Shown in pieces: positions 50,484 to 60,989 of a stretch of DNA of 64,000 nt. The DNA is taken from the NCBI GenBank assembly GCA_044226015.1, contig JBGAHS010000002.1:1139435-1203434 (forward strand). Reading direction: 5' to 3'. Source of the stretch: Candidatus Obscuribacteraceae bacterium (GTDB taxonomy: Bacteria; Cyanobacteriota; Vampirovibrionia; Obscuribacterales; Obscuribacteraceae). Position numbers and translations under genes: made by a program. Position 1 is the stretch's first letter. Each line of letters opens with the position of its first letter. The notes under the pieces are model-generated. The model did not search any database. It was not told where the DNA came from and worked only from the letters and a program-made list of their open reading frames with translations.

Positions 50484-51956
50484 ATGGCTGAGAACGAAAT
50501 CAACCAAAACCAGGAATCGCAGATCGAAAAATCAGGTGCTGCAGAATCCAGTAATCTCAATGCGAATGATTATCAGCAAGGTGCGAACGCTGCTTCCCTC
50601 GATTCACAAAAACAGGCCACCGATGACCTGGTCAAAAACAATTCTCTCCCTTCACTTCAGCTAGCCGACAATTCGAAAAACAATGGCTCGGACATTTCAA
50701 ATAAAGACGGCAAGCCATCAGACAATATGAGCAAAGAAGGCAATTCTACCGATAACAAGGAAGGCAAAGTCGGCGAAAAGAATTCCGCAGGTGATAAAGG
50801 TCAATCCGAAGGAAAAAACTCGCAGTCACAAAAGACTGACAGCGACCACGCCATGCCAAATGGTAAATCAGATTCATCAAGCGGACAGCCTAACGGCAAG
50901 TCAGCCCAAGAAGGTACCCCTCGTGGAGACGGACAGGGCGGACAGCCTAACGGTAAATCAGCCGAAGAAGGATCCCCTCATGGAGATGGCAAAGGCGGTC
51001 AGCCAAACGGCAAGTCAGCCCAAGAAGGCACCCCTCGTGGAGACGGACAGGGCGGACAGCCTAACGGCAAGTCAGCCCAAGAAGGTACCCCTCGCGGAGA
51101 CGGACAGGGCGGACAGCCTAACGGCAAGTCAGCCCAAGAAGGCACCCCTCGTGGAGACGGACAGGGCGGTCAGCCAAACGGCAAGTCTTCTGAAAAAGAA
51201 TCGCAAAGCAATTCTCCCAAAGGTGACTCCCAACATGGTGTTCCAAACGGCAAAGAAGCCGACAATAACGGAAGCCCTAAGGGTGACTCCCAGCATGGTG
51301 TTCCAAACGGCAAAGAAGCAGACAATAGCGGAAGCCCTAAAGGCAACTCACAGCATGGTGTTCCAAACGGCAAAGAAGCAGACAATAGCGGAAGCCCTAA
51401 GGGTGACTCACAGCATGGTGTTCCAAACGGCAAAGAAGCCGACAATAGCGGAAGCCCTAAGGGTGACTCACAGCATGGTGTTCCAAACGGCAAAGAAGCC
51501 GACAAGAACTCAAGCTCTGGAAAACCTGGCTCCGGAACAGAAAAAAATGAAAACGGCAAACCCGGATCGAGCGAAGCTAAGCCAAATAACAATCTAGATC
51601 CATCCAGCGAAAAAGGTACCCCGAAAGATTACGAGAAATCCTCTCTGCCGCCCGACAACGGAGGATCCAAAGGATCCAAAGATTACGGGACAAAAGAGAA
51701 TAAACAAATCGACTCAAAAGATGGGCACGGCACACACGACAACAAAGAACTAAACGATCAGAAGAATAAGAACGGACAGATGGAATCAAAAGACAGTTCC
51801 GACTCGAAGGAACACAACGACCCCAATAGCAAACAAAAAGATGTGCCATCCGAACAAAAGGAAAAGGACGGACAGAAGAGCAAAGCCGAGTCAAAGAACC
51901 ATCTACCAGACATGTTCATCACTGGTCTCGACGCCAGCAAGAAGGTAAGAAAATAG
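50484..51956 (+). CDS. Hypothetical low-complexity repeat protein
   Basis: About 5 copies of GQPNGKSAQEGTPRGDGQG (57 bp) and about 4.5 copies of SPKGDSQHGVPNGKEADNSG (60 bp). Start placed at MAENE. Confidence 0.75.
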   Translation: MAENEINQNQESQIEKSGAAESSNLNANDYQQGANAASLDSQKQATDDLVKNNSLPSLQLADNSKNNGSDISNKDGKPSDNMSKEGNSTDNKEGKVGEKNSAGDKGQSEGKNSQSQKTDSDHAMPNGKSDSSSGQPNGKSAQEGTPRGDGQGGQPNGKSAEEGSPHGDGKGGQPNGKSAQEGTPRGDGQGGQPNGKSAQEGTPRGDGQGGQPNGKSAQEGTPRGDGQGGQPNGKSSEKESQSNSPKGDSQHGVPNGKEADNNGSPKGDSQHGVPNGKEADNSGSPKGNSQHGVPNGKEADNSGSPKGDSQHGVPNGKEADNSGSPKGDSQHGVPNGKEADKNSSSGKPGSGTEKNENGKPGSSEAKPNNNLDPSSEKGTPKDYEKSSLPPDNGGSKGSKDYGTKENKQIDSKDGHGTHDNKELNDQKNKNGQMESKDSSDSKEHNDPNSKQKDVPSEQKEKDGQKSKAESKNHLPDMFITGLDASKKVRK

Positions 51957-52160
51957 AACCTCAACGTCAACCAATAATCCCGTTGCTTTTAGAGACTCTG
52001 CGCCCCCCGGAAGGATAACATTCGTGTTATCCTTCTTCACTTTTATTGAAAACAAATGGGTACAAAAAGTGATCAAAGTGCGATAGATAGCGCGTTTATA
52101 TCATCCACATTTAATTAAGCTGTATAGCATATTGTATGCATAATTGAATTTATTCAATTT

Positions 52161-52850
52161 GTGGCACCTATGATTTCAATCAAAATCGGAACTCTAGCGA
52201 TTTGCTTTCTTGCGGTCTTCGCACCTGCAGCTAGAGCGTGGCGATCCCCAAATTACGCGAACACCAACAACTATGCAGCTTACCGAGCGCATCAATATTG
52301 GCAATCTCAGTCACATAGTTCACACGCTTCATTCGCGCCTCCTATGCCGAGATATACTCCTGAACCCTACATCGCTCCGCCAAGAATTCCTCCACCTGAG
52401 CCAGTGCAAGCGAGTGATTTTTGGGGCGGAGGCAAAGACCACAACTTCTATTGGGGTGGCGGAAGCGACACCGAATATTATTGGGGAAACAGGCAAACAT
52501 CCTCTTCTCCTTACCTCCATGGAAGTATACATCGAGACAATTATTCAATGTACACGCCACCATTGCACTGTGACACGCCAATCACTCATTTCCTTGAAGC
52601 ACCGAAATCTGGTCCAGCTAACGGTTTGCATGACGAGTTCAAGAAAGCGGATGAATTGCTAATTACAATGCATGACAGAAATGAACTGGGAACCATGGAT
52701 ATGGATTTGTATTCTCAGCAATTACTAAATATCAAAAAGGACTATTGCGAGGCTATCAAAGGTAAAACCGAAGTATCGGATCGAAGAGCTCGTGCCATCA
52801 AAGCGCAAATCTCAACACTCATTGCAGAACTGCACAAAAGACGATTCTGA
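52161..52850 (+). CDS. Hypothetical secreted protein
   Basis: Signal peptide, Pro-rich linker, three FWGGG/YWG repeats and helical C-terminus. Confidence 0.7.
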   Translation: MAPMISIKIGTLAICFLAVFAPAARAWRSPNYANTNNYAAYRAHQYWQSQSHSSHASFAPPMPRYTPEPYIAPPRIPPPEPVQASDFWGGGKDHNFYWGGGSDTEYYWGNRQTSSSPYLHGSIHRDNYSMYTPPLHCDTPITHFLEAPKSGPANGLHDEFKKADELLITMHDRNELGTMDMDLYSQQLLNIKKDYCEAIKGKTEVSDRRARAIKAQISTLIAELHKRRF

Positions 52851-52987
52851 AACCGAGTTTCAAGCACCAGGGTCGAGGCTTGCTGGAGTCATTCCATGGG
52901 AAAACTCCCAAGATTTGATTCCTGTTGCACCTTATTTGCACACCCCTATTTCTATTATCAGTCCATCGATAGCGTTGGAGTAATTGA

Positions 52988-53186
52988 AATGGAAAGACAA
53001 GGATTGGCTCCTCAGCCGAGAGATGAGGCTAAAGAAAGCGCACTTGTGCAGCAATGTTGGGCGGAAGAACTCCACCTGAGCCGAGCAGATGTAGCAAACA
53101 AATCTCTTAAAGATGTCAGATCACTTACGAAAGAAGATCAAGACAAAGTTTATAGATGCATCGCAAAAAAGGTTGGCGAATCCTAG
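52988..53186 (+). CDS. Small hypothetical protein
   Basis: GGAG RBS before MERQGL. Confidence 0.45.
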
Positions 53187-53273
53187 ATAAAAAAAGCGGA
53201 TCCCATCGGCGCACAATCCGGATCCCGTTAGCGTGGTCAGAGTATCCATATGCGGAACTTCTGTTTCGCATAT

Positions 53274-53622
53274 GGGGCTTCTTGACCGATTTGATCAAAA
53301 ACCCTCTTTATTGGGTTTCGGGGATCTCAAAATCAGGATTTTGATCGATATCGATCTAGTGGAGGCAATTAGTTGGCTTTCCGGCTCTGATGTTAAGGGG
53401 GCGCAATTCTCCTCATGAGATCTCCCTCAGCGTCGACAGCGGATCCGCATTCGAAACTTGGGTTACGCCAAGGGGCTTCTTCACCGATTTGATCAAAAAC
53501 CCTCTTTATTGGGTTTCGGGAATCTCAAACTCAGGATTTTGATCGATATCGATCTAGTGGAGGCAATTAGTTGGCTTTCCGGCTCTGATGTTAAGGGGGC
53601 GCAATTCTCCTCATGAGATCTC
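53274..53622. repeat. Approx. 150-bp direct repeat x2 (198-bp period) containing the palindrome
   Basis: ggggcttctt.accgatttgatcaaaaaccctc...ttttgatcgatatcgatctagtggagg...catgagatctc occurs twice. Confidence 0.93.
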
Positions 53623-53854
53623 GTTCAAAGAAATTCACTCCACTACACGCACTAGTATCTCAATCGAAAAATCGAAAATTCGAAAAATAACAAAGCACAA
53701 ATCAAATATCAAATCATCAAGATAGAACCCCCAAAACCCGCATGGGGCTGCCGGTTATTCCGGCAGCCCCCGCGAATGCATCAAGCAGAATGACTAAGCA
53801 CAGATTGACTAGGCACAGATTGACTAAGCACAGGTCTATCGTTGCTGGTCGATG

Positions 53855-54478
53855 CTACCGCGTGAAGCCATGCTTTTTCATGTCTTCAATGTCCTTTTCA
53901 CTTGGCGCCTTGTACGTTCCCATGATCCAATCCGCCAGCGGAGTCACCACGCAGAAGTTCACACGCGGATACACGTGGTGCATGTAGTGATAGCGAGCCA
54001 GATAGAGACACAGTGACGACTTTGCGAACCAGCGAGCACGCTTATCCCGGTTGGTATGCATTTGCACATGAATAAAGTTCCATGTGACGTGATGCACCGC
54101 CAGTGACACCATGAAGGTCACACCGACCACACACAAAGAAAGCCCCACAGTGGTTGCAATGCCGCAGCAGTAAGCAGCGATAAACAGGGGCGCCCAAGCC
54201 CAACTCGCGGCGAGTTGCCCAAACAAAATTCGCAGATGGATGTTTACCGTCAGACAGTCGCCCTCCGCCTCATCGAAATGACGCCCGGGAAAGCACTCGC
54301 CGTGATGGAAAGTGCGATGCTCATGCAGCGTTTCATTGAAGAACTTAAACCGCTTGCTGAACCATGTGGGCTTGTGCATGAAGACGCCGTGGCTGATCCA
54401 CTCGATGAAGGAAATCAGGACATAGGAAAAGGCGAGCGAAGCGATGAAAACAACCGCCCAGAAGAGATTCGAAGTCAT
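53855..54478 (-). CDS. Fatty acid hydroxylase / sterol desaturase-like enzyme (copy C)
   Basis: HGVFMH, HRTFHH, HVQMH, HYMHH and NFCVVTPLADWIMGT; close paralog of 13474-14091. Confidence 0.78.
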   Translation of the reverse strand: MTSNLFWAVVFIASLAFSYVLISFIEWISHGVFMHKPTWFSKRFKFFNETLHEHRTFHHGECFPGRHFDEAEGDCLTVNIHLRILFGQLAASWAWAPLFIAAYCCGIATTVGLSLCVVGVTFMVSLAVHHVTWNFIHVQMHTNRDKRARWFAKSSLCLYLARYHYMHHVYPRVNFCVVTPLADWIMGTYKAPSEKDIEDMKKHGFTR

Positions 54479-54532
54479 AGTTGTAAGTAAAGTAAATCGG
54501 TTAAAGAAGAAACAGCGCCCTGCATGGGTTCG

Positions 54533-55321
54533 CTAATCTATAGACTCAGGTTTCAGTTTCAGAATTTCAGTCCGCAGCATTTCTGCCGCCTCCTTATCCG
54601 CCGAAGGCAATTTATCACTGCTGATGGGCTTACCGAACCGCACAACGACACCCCGACGGAAGGACAGAAAACCAAGCAGCAGCATCAGATACTGCAACCG
54701 AATGGGGAATCGTTTGATCCACGGGCCCGGATATCTGCCGTAGCGAATGAACACCGGCAAGAGAAAGCTTTCGCGCTGGGTCTCACGCGCAACTGCCTTG
54801 CAAATGTTAACTGCACCGGTGCGGCAGCGCCCCATTTCACCATCGAGATAAGTCCAGCCCTCTGGAAAAATCACCTGAGGCTCACCATTGAGAACGACCT
54901 TCAGACCGGACTTGCGGCTTGCTGCGTAGGCGCCCATTTTGGAGACCAGCCAACCGAACAAACCGAAGAAACCAGACATCACACCAGGGTCAGCCATGTA
55001 GCGCATCCGCCGTTCATTGAGAACGGGTGGCAACACAAAGATGTCTGCGAAATGAGAATGGTTCGGCGTGATCTGATAGCTGTACTCCGCAGGAACCGCA
55101 CTGAGATTCTCACCCCCCAGGACCCTAACCCTGCCGACGAAAACCCAGGTCAGAAAGCTCGAGAGCCGACGTTGCCAGCGCCAACCACGCACCGTAGGCG
55201 GTGGCGGTACATACCCAGGCGTCCGCAACTCAGAAAGCTTGGCGCGAAACTGCGTCAGGCGTCCACGCTGAGAGTAACACACTGCAAGCAGCGCAGAGAG
55301 TGGAATAATCCAATTGAGCAT
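54533..55321 (-). CDS. PlsC-type acyltransferase (copy C)
   Basis: NHSHFAD, IFPEGW and RYGRYPGPWI motifs. Confidence 0.9.
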   Translation of the reverse strand: MLNWIIPLSALLAVCYSQRGRLTQFRAKLSELRTPGYVPPPPTVRGWRWQRRLSSFLTWVFVGRVRVLGGENLSAVPAEYSYQITPNHSHFADIFVLPPVLNERRMRYMADPGVMSGFFGLFGWLVSKMGAYAASRKSGLKVVLNGEPQVIFPEGWTYLDGEMGRCRTGAVNICKAVARETQRESFLLPVFIRYGRYPGPWIKRFPIRLQYLMLLLGFLSFRRGVVVRFGKPISSDKLPSADKEAAEMLRTEILKLKPESID

Positions 55322-55390
55322 AGAGAAAGAAGTTGAATTTTACCTGGACTGTGTTTCGCTCTCGACCCGCCAGGAAGGTCGAGCGTTTTC

Positions 55391-56503
55391 TTACAGAAGT
55401 CCGTATTCTCTGAACACCTGCGAAGCTACGTCAGCAAGATGTTGTGGCTTCTTCTTGCAGGGCACAGGGTGGCGGTCGCGCCAGAATCCAATCTTGCCCA
55501 TAAGTTCACGAGCAGTCATCAGGCGCTCGCCATGCAACAAGCCGGCGAAGGCAAGTCGGTTAAGACAAGCCTCGAAGCTCACCATGATGCCGTACCATTT
55601 CTCATCCGGCGTAAGCTTGAACTTAAGTGTGTGCACGTGGTCGATCTCTGATCGTACTTCCATGACGCCGGTGGTCTCATCACCCCAGTCAAAACGAGGG
55701 CTAATGAGCCAGAGTCGCCGCGCCCAACGATACAGCCGCCTCATCATCGGCTTCAGGCTTGGCTCGCTGACGCGACAAGCCAGAACATGGTCAGGACGCG
55801 CTCCGAAGCGCCGTATGTTGATACCCACCGGGCAAAACCCGTCCTCCGTTAGCGCGCCATCGAAGAGGTGCAGCCCCTTGTAGCGAAGGGCTGAGATGAC
55901 ACCAGGAATGGTGGCACTAGCGCGCACGGCAAGTCCGAGGGACGCAGGAGTGTCCGAGAGCACGGTCTCCTTGCCAGAGCGCTCATCGATATGAAACACA
56001 CCATCTTTGTTGAAGACCACCGGAGAACCGTTCTTGCTCGTAGCGAGAGTAGAAAAGTTAGCCGGCCATTGACCATCCAGCCCCAACTCGCTGGCGTATT
56101 TTTCAATCACGTTGCCGAGTCCAGCACTGCTGTATAGTCCGGTTAGCCGAGACTCGGTCCAATCAGCGTGAGAAGGCCGAACAGCGGGGGCACCAAAGCA
56201 AGCGAACACAGGACTTAGCAAACCGCCATTAAAGGACATCATCCTATCGAAGTCGTGGTCCAGGGCGACGCGCAATAGCTGTGCGGATTTCATACCGCAA
56301 GCCAGAAGCGCGGTTACGACAGCTCCGCCACTTACACCGAAGAGCCTGCGCCACTTGTTGATACCCGCGAGTTCGCAGGCAGCAGCGGTACCGACACCCG
56401 CCAGCACGGCGGCAGATCCTCCGCTGCTAATTGCCAGCTCAAGGTCGTTGAGATCAAGCTCGGACTGACCTCGCCGACATTGAAACATACAGGATTTTTT
56501 CAT
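55391..56503 (-). CDS. Patatin-like phospholipase (copy C)
   Basis: SSGG, GVSGG, SATIPGV and FDGA motifs. Confidence 0.9.
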   Translation of the reverse strand: MKKSCMFQCRRGQSELDLNDLELAISSGGSAAVLAGVGTAAACELAGINKWRRLFGVSGGAVVTALLACGMKSAQLLRVALDHDFDRMMSFNGGLLSPVFACFGAPAVRPSHADWTESRLTGLYSSAGLGNVIEKYASELGLDGQWPANFSTLATSKNGSPVVFNKDGVFHIDERSGKETVLSDTPASLGLAVRASATIPGVISALRYKGLHLFDGALTEDGFCPVGINIRRFGARPDHVLACRVSEPSLKPMMRRLYRWARRLWLISPRFDWGDETTGVMEVRSEIDHVHTLKFKLTPDEKWYGIMVSFEACLNRLAFAGLLHGERLMTARELMGKIGFWRDRHPVPCKKKPQHLADVASQVFREYGLL

Positions 56504-56598
56504 GATATTTGAAGTAAGAATTCAGCAGAAACATATCCGATTTCTCGGGGAAAACTTTGTGGGGTCTGGGCAGTGTTCTGCCCAGACCCCAGCGAGGT

Positions 56599-57066
56599 TC
56601 ACGCGAAGCGCACATTCGGGCGATGCGCGAACTTGTGCCACACGTCAGAACCCTCTTCATCGTTGCAAGCGTCCTTGACCACGTCGATGCGACTGTCTTC
56701 CAGACGGTCAGCAACACCCAGAACAGTGCGTTGCACGCACTGCAGTGTATTCACACCGCAGACTCGGTACACGTTCTGAAAGTACTCGTTGCCAATGCAC
56801 GCCTCCAAGAGCTCTTCAGAGCCGTCGTCTTCGCGCTTGGTCTCAATCGCCACTTTATCGTAGCCTTCGACCAACTGTAGAAGACGTTCGTGCGTAGCGG
56901 GGTATTTGGCATACTCCAAAATCACGATCGGATGATTCGCAGCTCTGGCACTGCGAATTTCTGCAGCGACACAATCGATAGTTGCTTCATTCAGACTGGC
57001 TCGAAATCCAGGCTGCATGTCGATAACCACGAGAATGTACGGTGATGTATTTTTTGTTTCGTTCAT
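56599..57066 (-). CDS. Isochorismatase-like cysteine hydrolase
   Basis: VIDMQ, TK and GVNTLQCV triad; paralog of 40989-41447. Confidence 0.8.
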   Translation of the reverse strand: MNETKNTSPYILVVIDMQPGFRASLNEATIDCVAAEIRSARAANHPIVILEYAKYPATHERLLQLVEGYDKVAIETKREDDGSEELLEACIGNEYFQNVYRVCGVNTLQCVQRTVLGVADRLEDSRIDVVKDACNDEEGSDVWHKFAHRPNVRFA

Positions 57067-57687
57067 ATTCTTGTTTGGTTTTAGAGTTTGATTTTAGTTT
57101 TGCTTCGGTTTTGGAAATCGGTTTAGTTCGGCTTCCGTTCGGTTTTGGTTCGGCTTCTGTTCGGGTTTAGTTCGGTTTTGGTCCGGTTTTAATTCGGCTC
57201 ATGCGAGCTGGAGAGAAAAGCCTCAAAAGGCTTCTCTGTTCAACGCGCACAACGCGCACAAGAGCCCAGAAGGTCTTAGACTACTTCTGAGCACAGATGG
57301 AAACTGAATTTTGCTGGGTGGGGGTTTGGGGGTGACGGGCTGCTTTTAGGGATTTGTGATCTGGAATAACTTCAATCTAGTCGGTAGTAGCGCCAATTCA
57401 AAAAACTGCCTCCACAGCCGCGAAGGAGCAGCCCCCAACACTTACAGGCTCAAGCCCCACCCGAGCCCAGGCATTCGCTCCCCAGATTTTATGGAAATGC
57501 CCGTCTCGCATCGACGCGAAGTTCCGCTACGCCAACTCACGTCAACCTTGAAGCCACACCTCCGAACACCGTCGCCACGCGGAAAAAAGTCTACCGGAAC
57601 CAAACAAGCACGAGCGCGTCTCTGCGCGAAAGTAAAAGTCCTGGTTCGCCTTGCGGCGAGTAAAGCAGGTTAGAGAAGGAGGAGTTC

Positions 57688-58314
57688 ATGAAGCTTTTGG
57701 CCCCATTACTGGCTGCATCATTGGCACTTTGTGCAAGTACGGCCTTTGCACAAACAACAGAAACTACCACGACCACCACAACCATAGAAACAACAGAAGC
57801 TGTAAGCCCCGTTGTTCTGCCAGCTGGTGTCACATACAAAATCGTGGATCCTACAAAATCAGTCATTGTCGGACAATATGTCGTCGGACAAACAATAACA
57901 CCAGGTTTCTACGTAATTGACGAAACCACAGGAAAAGTAGTAGCAACGGTAAACGACGCTGGCAAATTAATGCTATTGAGCAGTATGCCGTCTGTGGTGC
58001 CTCACAACTTCCTCGTTGTAGATGGTGCACTAGTCTATTATTCCTCAGACTATGCGTATCGCAGAGCTAAACTAGAGCTCGAAGTCGCATCTGACTACGC
58101 CGGCGGTCGTCTCACACATGAGCAAGCCCGAAACTTGCGCCAGAAGCTTGCGGTCATAGCGTCACTTGAAACCAAACGCAAGTCTGATTTGACCTACAGC
58201 AAAGGCACGATGAAATCAATCGAAAAGAAATTTGCCGATGTGGAAACGTACAAGGCAAAGTATGTTGCTTCAACAAACACCAAGAAAGCAAAAATTGGTA
58301 TTCGGGTAGACTAA
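57688..58314 (+). CDS. Hypothetical secreted protein
   Basis: Strong AGGAGG RBS, signal peptide ending AFA and Thr-rich stretch. Confidence 0.8.
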   Translation: MKLLAPLLAASLALCASTAFAQTTETTTTTTTIETTEAVSPVVLPAGVTYKIVDPTKSVIVGQYVVGQTITPGFYVIDETTGKVVATVNDAGKLMLLSSMPSVVPHNFLVVDGALVYYSSDYAYRRAKLELEVASDYAGGRLTHEQARNLRQKLAVIASLETKRKSDLTYSKGTMKSIEKKFADVETYKAKYVASTNTKKAKIGIRVD

Positions 58315-58858
58315 ATCCAGAACAGCTCAAATCTTGATTTCTGTGTGAGATCAGAACAGTGGTAGCGGTGTCCAAGCGCCGCTATCACTGTTTGTAATTC
58401 TCTGTGCTACATCACCCAGCAACTTCAAGGGGATACCGCTTCTCGAGCGTTCGTCGGCGGCTTCAACGGCTGCTTAAAACACAAAATCTAGGAAACCCGA
58501 CTTCCAATGCGTCCATGAGAGCGTTTGCTACTCCTCTTCGCCTTGAATTGGAATGCTACTCCACTTCGCCTTGAATTGGAATCTACAAATTAGTAGAAAC
58601 TTCATCGTACCGTTTGAGTTTCACCGTTTTCCGCGCCAGCACCTGCCACGATGCTTTTCCGAAAACTGACGGGAGAAAACAATGAGCGGCCCTTCGCAAA
58701 ACCACTCTGCAAAATACTGAGCTCTTGCCGACCAGATCGCCGAGTTCGTTCACCCAGAATCGAGGAATGCATCAATGGGTAAAGATGCTGCCGACTTTAG
58801 GCAATCAAAGGGGAGCGGCGCGGTAAACTCAAACCTCTCCAACGAATCCACGGAAGCA

Positions 58859-60067
58859 ATGAATCCAAGCATTTCCCTCTTGCAGCCCTACCCCTTCGAA
58901 AAGCTAGCAGCGCTATTTGATGGTGTAAGCCCAGCCAAAAAGAAAGCGATTCTCTGGTCAATCGGCGAACCGAAGCATGATGCACCAGAATTCGTTTTCG
59001 AGCTTATAAAGAGGGAGTTAGGAGGACTCAGCAACTATCCACTCACGGCTGGAATGCCGGAACTCCGCGCCGCCATAAGAGACTGGCTCATCCAACGTTT
59101 CAAACTAGACAGCAGCATCTTGCATGCCGACAAGCACATCGTTCCAGTAAATGGCACCCGCGAGGCTTTGTTCGCGTTCTGCCATTTCATCATCAATCCC
59201 TCAAGCGATGCGCTTGTACTGATGCCCAACCCCTTCTATCAAATTTACGAGGGCGCTGCCTATCTCGCCGGCGCAAGACCCTGGTACATGAACCTGAATC
59301 CGGACAGCCTCTTGCCAGATTTCGACGAAGTTCCTGAAGAAGTTTGGCAGAAATCTCAGCTCATCTATATCAGCTCTCCGGGCAACCCAACAGGAGCCGT
59401 TTTGAGCCTTCAGGACATGCAGAAACTGATCAAACTGAGCGACCAATTCAACTTTGTAATTGCTTCAGACGAGTGTTATTCCGAAATCTATCCGGATGAG
59501 AACAATCCACCCTGCGGATTGCTGGAAGCCGCGCACCAGATGGGACGAAACGACTTCAAAAACTGTGTCGTTTTTCACAGTCTATCTAAGCGCTCGAGCC
59601 TTCCTGGTATGCGCTCTGGCTTTGTTGCGGGCGATGCGGAATTGATTCGCAAATTCAAACTTTATCGCACCTACCACGGCTGCGCCATGTCCCCACCTTT
59701 TCAGAAAGCAAGCATTGCTGCATGGCAAGACGAAAATCATGTCGTTGCAAACCGCGCTTTATATAGAGAAAAATTCAAGTTGGTTCACAATATTTTGGGT
59801 GAATTTCTCGATGTAAAACAGCCAGCAGGCTCGTTTTACCTCTGGCCGAAAACGCCGTTCGCCGACACAATGTTCGCCAAGTTTTTGTATCGCGATCAAA
59901 ATTTGACCGTTCTTCCTGGCTCATACCTGTCTCGCGATTTCAACGAAGTTAACCCTGGCGTTAACAGACTGAGAATGGCTCTGGTTGCGCCAATTGACGA
60001 ATGCAGAGAAGGGGCAGAACGTTTGAGAGAGTTCATTGTGGCGTGCCAGTCTGGGTCAGTGCACTAA
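58859..60067 (+). CDS. dapC: Succinyldiaminopimelate aminotransferase
   Basis: LQPYPFEKL, SIGEPKH, PNPFYQIYEGAA, SLSKRS and YRTYHGCAM motifs; operon with dapD. Confidence 0.92.
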   Translation: MNPSISLLQPYPFEKLAALFDGVSPAKKKAILWSIGEPKHDAPEFVFELIKRELGGLSNYPLTAGMPELRAAIRDWLIQRFKLDSSILHADKHIVPVNGTREALFAFCHFIINPSSDALVLMPNPFYQIYEGAAYLAGARPWYMNLNPDSLLPDFDEVPEEVWQKSQLIYISSPGNPTGAVLSLQDMQKLIKLSDQFNFVIASDECYSEIYPDENNPPCGLLEAAHQMGRNDFKNCVVFHSLSKRSSLPGMRSGFVAGDAELIRKFKLYRTYHGCAMSPPFQKASIAAWQDENHVVANRALYREKFKLVHNILGEFLDVKQPAGSFYLWPKTPFADTMFAKFLYRDQNLTVLPGSYLSRDFNEVNPGVNRLRMALVAPIDECREGAERLREFIVACQSGSVH

Positions 60068-60082
60068 AGAAAGGAGCAAAGT

Positions 60083-60907
60083 GTGGACATAAAAGACATC
60101 ATCGAAGAGGCGTTTGAAAATCGAGCAAAGATAAGTCCATCCAATGCTGAGCAGAAAGTCCGTGAGGCAGTTCGCGAAGCAATTATGGGGCTTGATCGCG
60201 GTTCACTTCGTGTCGCAGATAAAGAAAGCGGCTCCTGGAAGGTGAACGAATGGCTCAAGAAAGCAGTATTGCTGTCATTCCGCCTGGAAGATAATGCCCT
60301 GATGGAAGGCGGACACACAAATTATTGGGACAAAGTACCTTCGAAATTTGCTGATTTCACTGCCGAAGATTTCCAAAACGCCGGATACAGAATTGTGCCA
60401 CCAGCTGCAGTGCGACGTGGATCATATATAGCAGAGAATGTCGTCTGCATGCCAGCGTTCGTTAACATAGGCGCGTATGTTGATTCCGGAACCATGATCG
60501 ACACCTGGGCAACAGTGGGATCATGCGCACAAATAGGTAAGAATGTTCACCTCTCTGGTGGCGCAGGAATAGGTGGAGTTCTGGAACCATTGCAAGCAAG
60601 CCCAACCATAATTGAAGACAATTGCTTCGTCGGTGCACGTTCAGAAGTCGTCGAAGGAGTAATCGTCGAGGAAGGTTCCGTAATCTCCATGGGAGTGTTC
60701 TTGGGACAAAGCACGCGTATCTACAATCGCCTCACTGGTGAAATCAGCTACGGTCGCATTCCAGCTGGCTCTGTCGTAGTGCCAGGAAACTTGCCATCAG
60801 CTGATGGCAAATACAGCTTGTACTGTGCGGTCATCGTGAAACAGGTCGATGAAAAAACCAGAGGGAAAGTTTCAATCAACGAATTGCTTCGCTCGGTCCA
60901 AGACTGA
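60083..60907 (+). CDS. dapD: Tetrahydrodipicolinate N-succinyltransferase
   Basis: [39 protein letters not shown] and [10 protein letters not shown] motifs. Confidence 0.97.
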   Translation: MDIKDIIEEAFENRAKISPSNAEQKVREAVREAIMGLDRGSLRVADKESGSWKVNEWLKKAVLLSFRLEDNALMEGGHTNYWDKVPSKFADFTAEDFQNAGYRIVPPAAVRRGSYIAENVVCMPAFVNIGAYVDSGTMIDTWATVGSCAQIGKNVHLSGGAGIGGVLEPLQASPTIIEDNCFVGARSEVVEGVIVEEGSVISMGVFLGQSTRIYNRLTGEISYGRIPAGSVVVPGNLPSADGKYSLYCAVIVKQVDEKTRGKVSINELLRSVQD

Positions 60908-60989
60908 TACTCTAGCCCATTAATTCGTTGGACTCAGAGCCAGTACCAGACCGGCATCGGGTGAACCGAACAGAAGGATCTGCCTCTAA

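Noticed and set aside
53274..53622. Direct repeats as IS or prophage ends
   Set aside because: No transposase or integrase is present, and only about 45 bp separates the two copies.
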